Part shown: piece by piece, positions 53,809-64,000 of the stretch
How the letters are laid out: each line of letters opens with the position of its first letter
Position numbering within the stretch: the first letter of the stretch is position 1
Source of the DNA: Eledone cirrhosa
Taxonomy: Eukaryota
Reading direction: 5' to 3'
NCBI GenBank assembly: GCA_964016885.1
Contig: OZ024744.1
Coordinates: 46,252,001 to 46,316,000 of the forward strand
Length of the DNA stretch: 64,000 nt
The notes under the pieces: generated by a model
What the model saw: the letters and a program-made list of their open reading frames with translations, nothing else
What the model was told of the DNA's origin: nothing
Database searches by the model: none
Made by a program: the position numbers and the translations under genes

Positions 53809-54664
53809 TAAAAGGAAAAGAAAATGCTGACAAATTGTTCCCAGTGAAAAATAGTTTAATTAGGAATAAGTAAAAATTAGTAATAGTATTGGTTAGTATT
53901 CAGTTTTGGTTTTAAGTTTTACCGGTTGCGCATTTCTAATGCTTTTCAAAAATAATTTTGAGATAGAGCGCCTGTGATGTTTGCTCTAATCTGATTAGTT
54001 TTCGAAATTCTACCTGCTTTATCTAAAAAAAGTGGCTCCAGATACGGGAATACAGGAAAATACCACTGAGTTAACACATTGATACCTGTGCCGCCCAAAA
54101 TCATCCCAACTTCAGAATCTTTCCTCTCTACAAATTTAAAGATAATGCCACCCACACCCAGCGCATCAGCAAGGAATCTCACTTTATTAACAAATACGGA
54201 CCCCGTCTAAACACTTCTCCCTAAGACGAACCCACAACATACACACGGCAGCATACATACCTACATCAGCATACATCTCTATCCACATATAAACACAATT
54301 ACATACGTAAACACACATGTTCTATGGTGCAACACAAATATACACAAATTTGCATACCTTTTGGTGTCTATAGATATAAAAGTGCCGACACACACACATA
54401 CATATACGCACACATGCATTGCACATACATATTTGTACACAAGTATTCCAATACGGCAAGGCCTAATGGATTCCCCTTGCAGTACGCACAATCTGGACAC
54501 TCACACACACCTTGGTATTATGCTAATACTATATAACATTTCACACCTTTTATTATTAAGGTTTTTGATGTTCTATTGAGAGAATCGTTTTTACTGAAAA
54601 TATCGAATAATGTACACCAATTTTACCAGTATCACAAAAATACTGGTCCACCCACACACACATT

Positions 54665-54700
<36 letters not shown>

Positions 54701-54874
54701 CACACACACACACATACACACGCGTACATTAACATACAAAGAGACGTATACACACACACACACTTCTCCGTATAAAACAAGAGCTGAAAAATATCTTTTA
54801 ACATGTTAAAATATCCCCCATACACGTACAGACACATTCATACTGACCATCCCTCTACCACGAATTACTCTGCT

Positions 54875-54905
<31 letters not shown>

Positions 54906-55407
54906 TCTTAATAGGCATTTGAACTGTCAACAGGCTGTGGTTCGCACACACATCCCTGCTGACCATTATCACAACAACGAACCTCTTTACAACTACTACT
55001 ACTACTACACACACACACACACACACATTTGTCTTGAAAGACTTATTTTTCAGTGACTTCTCAATCAGCCGAGACAAACCTACATTTGGCGCAAAATCAA
55101 TTTTTAACATTCACATGACCTCTACCGACCAATCAAAATTGTTTTGACCACAAGAATTTTTTCATACATCTGGAGCCACTTTTTATTACATAAAGCAGGT
55201 AGAATTTCCAAAACTAATCAGATTAAAGCAAACATCACGGGCGCTCTATCTCAAAATTATTTTTGAAAAGCATTAGAAATGCGCAACCGGTAATACTTAA
55301 AACCAAAACTGAATACTAACCAATACTATTACTAATTTTTACTTATTCCTAATTAAACTATTTTTCACTGGGAACAATATGTCAGCATTTTCTTTTCCTT
55401 TTACCAA
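53805..55407. mobile_element. 1.6-kb non-autonomous element with ~240-bp TIRs, TA-flanked
   Basis: 53805-54043 (TTGGTAAAAGGAAAAG...GTGGCTCCAGAT) is the reverse complement of 55168-55407. Confidence 0.85.
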
Positions 55408-55437
55408 TATATCATAACTCGTGTGTTACACCTCTAT

Positions 55438-55474
<37 letters not shown>

Positions 55475-55746
55475 CAAATAACGAAACGAAATTAAATTTC
55501 GTCTCGCTTCTAACTCACTTTTGTATGACTGACGCTTAAACAATTAAGTTAAAGTGTACATCTACATATGTATACGGAAGTACTAGTATGCATATAAATA
55601 CACACATGTATACATATGTACATGTACTGAGTTTTTCACTAGACACTTTACAGTGAGTGTCCAGCTAGTCTGTATGTAACCACTCCGGAGTAGTGTAAAA
55701 TAAAGTTAAATAAAAGTCAAATGATTAAAATTTAGCTTCGTTTATT

Positions 55747-55801
55747 ACTGCTATATATATTTCAGTGACAGCCATCTTTGGCTGTGACCTCTTCAGGCAG
55801 T
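55747..55801 (-). ncRNA. Minimal type I hammerhead ribozyme
   Basis: rc: ACTGC-CTGAAGA-GGTCACAGCCA(AAGA)TGGCTGTCACT-GAAA-TATATA-TA-GCAGT; canonical CUGANGA/GAAA/UH core with stems I and II and a palindromic short stem III. Confidence 0.8.
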
Positions 55802-56039
55802 TTGAATTAGTATGGTATAGACAAGTACATATGTTGTTGAGGTGTATAATATTGTCAATACTCTGATATGCCCAGTTCCTTGTTGGGTTGTTATTTCACT
55901 CAGGAACTGGAATCATGATATGATATGATTCCAGTTCCTGAGTGAAATAACAACCCAACAAGGAACTGGGCATATCAGAGTATTGACAATATTATACACC
56001 TCAACAACATATGTACTTGTCTATACCATACTAATTCAA

Positions 56040-56094
56040 ACTGCCTGAAGAGGTCACAGCCAAAGATGGCTGTCACTGAAATATATATAGCAAT
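56040..56094 (+). ncRNA. Minimal type I hammerhead ribozyme (second palindrome arm)
   Basis: Same motif; stem I 3' strand is GCAAT (one mismatch); followed by AATAAA. Confidence 0.75.
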
Positions 56095-56136
56095 AATAAA
56101 CGAAGCTAAATTTTAATCATTTGACTTTTATTTAAC

Positions 56137-56270
<134 letters not shown>

Positions 56271-57280
56271 CACACTAAACAATTATACATACACAAACCT
56301 ATTTAGATAGATGAATCCACATATATTCCTATACCTAGGTGTGTGTGTGTTTGTGTATATAAAATATGTAAATACATAAATATATATATATATCTATACA
56401 TTTATATATTACGAGTGTGTACATTAGATGTGGAGGTATAAGTTAATGTATTGTCTATTATGGATAATGTATAGATAAATATATATATTTTTTTTTTCTA
56501 TACATTATCCATGTATATATATATTTTTTTTTTTACATGTGTATATAATGTCATTTTTATATTTAATTTATATTTCCTGGTCTGGTATGAATAACAATTT
56601 CTAGACGGTTTATAACACAAAATATAGCAAAGTTAGTCAAAAATATTTTAAAAATAAAACATAATACATTAGTGAATAAAACGTAATAATGATAAAAATT
56701 GTTGAATTACGTTGAAAATATTTATTTATTACCTTGAAGATATTTATTTAGCCAGAGATTTGATGGGAAATATTAGTTTTACTACTACAAATTGTAATGG
56801 AACTCTTAGTAGACACAATTGTAAAGTAAGAATAGATATGACAGTGTAAGACTGATGTCGGGGAATTAAAATCGTGTATATATATATATATAATTGTTAC
56901 ACAAGATAAAATTAGATTAATTAAAGTTATAATGAAGACAGCAGGTACCCGGTGTCGTTGGGAATGATTAAACCCTCATGCCGGTGTCATACGTTAAAAG
57001 TCCCTTATATAATTTAATACCTTCAGACACAGTTCCAACCGTATTTAATTTATTGTAAATCAGAAAGTATGACTCAGTAAAATATCAATTATATATCAAT
57101 AAGAGAACCTCTACGTAGTCTCTCTGACTGCTAAGAATAGCAGCCATATTATCCATTGAAACTTATATTTTTTGTTTAAAATCTCCAAAGTTTAGTTATA
57201 CAATCAACAGCAAGGCTTTTGTACAGACTTCGGAATAAACTGGAAGACCGCCAAAATATCATTCTCCTTCTCTCTCTCTT

Positions 57281-57415
57281 TAAGCGAAGAATCGATGCTT
57301 TCACCCTTAACGGGATCTTCTGCAACTCATTATTTTAATAAATAGATGCTCTACGGCTTATATATACATATACATATGTTATCCTTATCGAGCCCCCTCC
57401 CGATTTTAGACTTCA
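57281..57415. mobile_element. Tiny rearranged Penelope pseudo-LTR fragment
   Basis: 57281-57327 is the hammerhead-like segment on the minus strand, joined to the downstream tail (ttattttaataaat..ccttatcgagccc..ttttagacttca) on the plus strand. Confidence 0.7.
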
Positions 57416-57518
57416 CACAGACACACACACACATACATATATATATATACACACACACATATATATATATATACACATATATATATATATATATACACAC
57501 ACATATTTATATATATAT

Positions 57519-57603
<85 letters not shown>

Positions 57604-57809
57604 TATATATATATATAAAGGCGCATGGCTTAGTGGTTAGAGCATTGGGCTTGCAATCGAAATGTGAGTTCAATTCTCGGACCGTATGAGCAAGACAGGG
57701 TCAGCTGACTGGACACTGCCCACAACGTCTAACCCATGCTAGCGTGGAAGAACGGACGTAAAACGGTGATGATGATGATGATATATATATATGTATAATC
57801 ATATATTAT

Positions 57810-59450
57810 ACATCATCACAGTTTAAGTTCCATTTCACAAACTAGCATGGGTCGGACGAGTTGTCCTGTTGTGTGAAAAGTTAGATCAAATGACCGTGTC
57901 TGGCTCATGCAAGAAACATTTCTGGCTTAATTTCTACGGCTGGATGCCCTTCCTAACTCCAACCACATTTACAGGGAGAACTTGGCATTTATTGTTGTGT
58001 TGCTAACATGACCAACCTACAGGGTGGACTGGGTGCTTTTAGTTGTCTCACCATCAAGACCACCACCTAACAGAGCAGGCATGGTGCTGTTTGTCATGTC
58101 ACCATTTGACCACTTTGAAGGTTGCTTTGGGTCCCTTCAGTCTTGCCACTAGCATGACCACTTTACAGTGTGGGCTAAGGGTCTCCTGTCATATCTAAGT
58201 CACAGGGTGAACTGGGTGCTTAGTTGTCATGTCACCAGCATGACTACCTTGCAGGGAGGGTTAGGTGCTCTTTTGTCATATTACCTAACAGAGAGGACTT
58301 GGTGCTCTTTTGTCATGACACCTGCACGACCACCTTACAGGGTTGCCTGAGGGCTTTTAGCCATTTCAGCAGCATTGGAGGAGAGCATGTTAAGCTTTCC
58401 ATACTTGTATACATGGGTTGGTCAAGAGAGGTGTATCAGATGTGAAAGTGGGGGTGGGGTTGTGTGTATGTAGGGTGGGGATTGGAGAGGTGGGTCAGGG
58501 TGGTGTACTTAGCTGGTAAGGGGGTGAAGTGTTAAGATGTGGGGTGGAAGAAAATTGGAGCATACTTCAAACCACTAAATGTTGCTTCATCCCGTGCACA
58601 TGGGAATGCAGGTCTCCTGCAGTACTGTACAACGCCAGAGATTTCAATCTTGTCTCATCACCGTTGAGAGGTACAATGGTGTCAAGTCAGTTTTTATCAC
58701 CTCATCCCAAGCTTTCTTAGGTCTTCCTCTTCCATCAATTTCAAGCAGTCAATCTTTTATACAGCATCTCTACCTTCATACACATCACATGTCCATACCA
58801 CAGCAATCTCCTCTCCTGCATAATGTATCTTATCCCTCTCATGCCCAGGTTCTCTCTCAGATTATTTACACTTTGCTCTTCATGTATATTAATATTACAC
58901 ATCCATTGGAGAATTCAAGCTTCATTTCTGTCCAATCTTCGGAGGTCCTCTGCACACACCGCCCACATCTCATTGCAATGCAGCACTGTTGTTCATATGC
59001 ACACATCAATTTGATGAAACAACCTTTTGTAGCTAACAGCAGTAGTAGCACCCTAAACCTTTGCCATCTTGTTCTTACTCTAGTTACTGTACTTTCAGAA
59101 CACCTACCTCCACTGTTAATTTGGTCACCCAGGTAACAGAAACTGTCAACTGCTTCTACGGAACCCATTAAATGTTTGATAGAGCTTGTCTCCTAAAAGC
59201 GATTGCTTCCACTGCTCCAGTGCAATGACCCCATGTAAAACCTACGGTCTTAGCTAACTCACCTTGTATCCCACTAAATCTCTTGTGGACCCATAGTCTA
59301 TTTAGAGTAAATAATGTTTCATACACATAACATGTATGTGTGACCATTGGTTTCCGAGTACACTTATGGCCACCACTGTTTAATGGCGGGAGGGACTTCC
59401 AAACAGACCCTTCATTGGGCATGCTGAAAAATATATTAAAAGGAAGTTCT
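57810..59450 (-). mobile_element. RTE-clade LINE 3' portion with tail
   Basis: ORF 58866..59168 (VDSFCYLGDQINSGGRCSESTVTRVRTRW); rc 3' UTR ggctggatgcccttcctaac at ~57940. Confidence 0.85.
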
Positions 59451-59552
59451 TTCCTCCAACAATTTTCACCTCAAACAGAGCAGAGTTTCATATTGTTAAA
59501 AAGGGAGGTAAATCTTTAGTGGTGGAATTGTCAGTCTTAATTATATATGTAA

Positions 59553-61018
59553 CTAGCAGAGGTACCTGGCGTATCTCAGGCATTAAATAGCTGTCATGTG
59601 TAGTATTCATGTCAATAACTCAGTGCTGCTTCGAAAACTATACTTGTACACAATCGTCTTTTTCAAAAAGGGGGTTCCAGCCCCCAGGGGTCCCCTACTC
59701 AATATGCCCAATTCATCTGTAACACATACGTAGCCCATGTGTCAAGTTTGGTAAAAATCAGTTGCAAACTCTAGAAGTTATGACGTTTTGTTGCAATGCA
59801 CTACAGTGCTTCAGTCGACTCCAAGGAAGCTGTAAAGGGGGTTATCTGCCCCGGGGGCTCTATAATCAATATCTGGAAAAATGAAAGTGCCAATGACCAT
59901 CCGAAATACATAAGTAACCTATGTCTTAAATACAACACTGCTCGTAGTTTTCTAACACTCTTGCAGTAGCTTTACATTCAGCATCTTGCGATCGTTTAAT
60001 TGCAGCCTCCACTAACAATTCCTTTGCTTTTCTTCTTTTCCCTCTCTCAGCTTTCGCTGTTTTTCGACCAATGGCGGATCTCTTCCTTGGAGGCCTTATC
60101 TAAGGAAAGAGGACGTAGCACACTAAGATGAGTAAAATGTTAACCAACAATTATTTAATTTTGCACATGTGACGTGATTGTCACGGTGATCCAGAGACAG
60201 CCTTCGTCCACCTAGGGGCCACATTAGAGAAAAAATGGAAAGCTTTATGAGTCCACAACACTTCTGGGAACATAACCCATGTTTGTTCCAAATTTGAAGA
60301 AAATCGGTTGCAAACTGTAGAAGTAATGTAGGTACGGACATACACACACACATCCTCAGTTTTATGTGTATATATATAGAGAGAGATGCATGTTTGTGTG
60401 TGTGTATGTGGACATTGTAACTTCCCCAGACACACAACACAACACACACAGTCACAGTACGACTTGTGTGAAAGAGAGAGAGAAAGAGACGTAAAGTTGA
60501 GGAAGGGGGAGAGTTAAACAGTGTGTACAGAATAAATAAATAAAAGTTAAAGTTATCGAACGCTATCATTTTCTCCCCTCCCCAATCCCCCACACTCTCT
60601 TTCTCTCTCAACCCCTCTCTCTCTTTCTCTACAGAATGGAGAATAATCAAGGACACACAATGTCGTCTACTTTGGTTGAAATTTTTTTATGTATATTTTT
60701 AGTAACTTGTTGCCTCGTTTTGGAGGACTGAGTTGTGGGAGGAGGAAGGGGAGTAGTGGGAGAGAGGGTTTAACATACAGTAGTAGTATCTCCTCTTCCC
60801 CCTCTCTCACTGAAATGTCTTCTCTTTCCTCCTCCATTGTAAAGATGTCCCCAGGGGTTCCATTATTGATTTTTATTGAAATATAATTAGCCAGTCCTGT
60901 TTCTGAATATTAACTTAACATGTGTGTAAAGTTTCATCAGGATCTGATCGCTGGTGTAGGCACCATCTAGTTATACATAGATACACAGACAGACAGAAAT
61001 TGCCATTTATATACTAGA
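59553..61018 (-). mobile_element. Non-autonomous Helitron
   Basis: Minus strand starts 5'-TC and ends CTAG-3'; subterminal hairpin CCTG..CAGG (59565-59580); inserted between A and T with no TSD; empty site atatgtaa|ttagacac at ~9654. Confidence 0.88.
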
Positions 61019-61899
61019 TTATACACACATAGAAGGGGTTGATAGCTTTTGCAATCTAGGTGACTTAATTAGCAGTGGAGGGGGCTGCTCTGAAAGATGA
61101 ATAGCTAGAATAAGGATAAGATGGAAAAAGTTTAGAGAGCTACTGCAACAGTTGACCACAAAAGGTTTCTCTCTCTGTACAAAAGGACAACAGTATGACA
61201 CATGTGGGTGATGTGCAATGATGCATGGTAACGAAACAAGGGTTGTGACTGCAGAGGATATGTAGACTGGAGAGGAATGAAAAAACCATGCTTTGTAGGA
61301 TATGTTGTGTAAGTGTGAGAGAAAGGCAGAGTTTGGACAAGTTCAAGAAGAAGCTGGGTTTAAGAGTGAGCTGAAGTGGTGTGTAAGAGAGAAGACTGTG
61401 TACGGACATGGGATGAACATGGATAATGACCACTGGGTAATGAAGTGCCAGGAAATCCCTGTAAAAGGAAGCCATAGTAGAGGTAGACCAAGAAAGACCT
61501 GGACAGAGGCTGTGTGAACTGACTTCAAATAACTGACTCTGACAGAGGAGATGACAAAGGAACACGACGTGTTGAAAGATGCCATGTTGAGAAGGACCTG
61601 TCCAACCAAAGGAAGAATGGAAAAACGGACATAAAAACAGTGATGATGTTGATGAAGATAACGTACATATACACACATATATAATCAAATACTTATATAC
61701 AAACACAGATAAACATATACATGGACAACAATTTCTACACACATACATTCACATATATATAAAGTATGTAAATTCTGAACGCTACAGTTTTGTCAGCACA
61801 AGTCTTCGTTACAACTTCTACAAATAAAATGAAAGAAGAATAATTTCTTAGTAAAACAGTTTTATTCAAAATATTAACAACATTGGCGGCACTATTTTA

Positions 61900-63307
<1,408 letters not shown>

Positions 63308-64000
63308 AATGATTTCTTCTTCAACAGAATATACAAATGTTTTTCTTGTAATATTTTTTATATTATATTCCTAAAAAATATATCTTCTATATTTCCCTCA
63401 ACTGTAATTTGATTTAATATCTGAAGATAATACAAACTTCTTTTTCATCCAAGTTTAGTAAAAATACAAAATCATCTCTTAGTGAAGAAAATAAACTCAG
63501 CTTTGAGGAAATATTTCACAGTAATACGACTACAGATTTATATAAACAGTGTTATATGAGTTCTGTTTGAAAAGTTTTAGTCTTCAAATGATGATAAATA
63601 TAGGTGATGTATCCAAGATTGAAAATAATAATTTATCCCAATGTCATCTGATATTCTGAAATAAGAAAGAAAGAGTATGATATAATAGAGAATACTTAAG
63701 AAACAGAGATAGATTTAACAGTGGAAATTTTATATCTCTATATTACTAAACTGTAGATATCAACTTTCCTGTCCAGAGTAATTCTCTCCAATGTAAACTG
63801 GTATTCCAGCATGCTCTATAAATGTTATCCTTCTATCTCTAGAGAGGTGTGCTCTATGGCAGTTTAGTGAAAAATTCATTCTGATAGGACTTTCTAACAG
63901 AGCAATCATCTCCTCTCCTGGTGACATGTCAACACCAGTTTAACTTCCATCTTTTTATTAGTAGGAGTCAATTGTTCCTCTATATCTTTTTCTTACTTCT

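Noticed and set aside
57618-57685. tRNA-like A/B boxes
   Set aside because: Runs into SINE body sequence and lacks a full cloverleaf; a SINE head rather than a tRNA gene.
60123-60656. 177-aa ORF inside the Helitron
   Set aside because: Low-complexity and microsatellite-derived; no Rep/helicase motifs.

Overview
Eukaryotic, AT-rich, microsatellite-dense and repeat-dominated DNA. The C2H2 zinc-finger style and SINE/RTE content point to a cephalopod (octopus-like) genome; this is an inference. Genes: three minus-strand tandem C2H2 ZNF genes, all apparently disrupted, two of which lie in a local duplication (about 8.7-13.3 kb vs 58.5-63.9 kb), and two spliced minus-strand exons (33610-33681, 31502-31704) encoding an open Death-domain-like fold that the ORF track misses. 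Mobile DNA: two degraded RTE-clade LINE families (one with three C-terminal C2H2 fingers, one with a PHD-like insert inside RT), two Penelope-like elements (RT + GIY-YIG) sitting in (TA)n tracts, an hAT deletion derivative, a Merlin-like foldback, a non-autonomous Helitron, Tc1/mariner remnants, MITEs, SINEs and many minisatellites. Empty sites in the duplicated paralogues support the boundaries of several insertions. Most notable are hammerhead-ribozyme folds: a canonical minimal type I hammerhead present twice in a near-perfect 446-bp palindrome (55698-56143), and a variant-core hammerhead-like fold (CAGAAGA in place of CUGANGA) conserved in five Penelope terminal-repeat copies. All coordinates and folds were read by eye and need computational confirmation.
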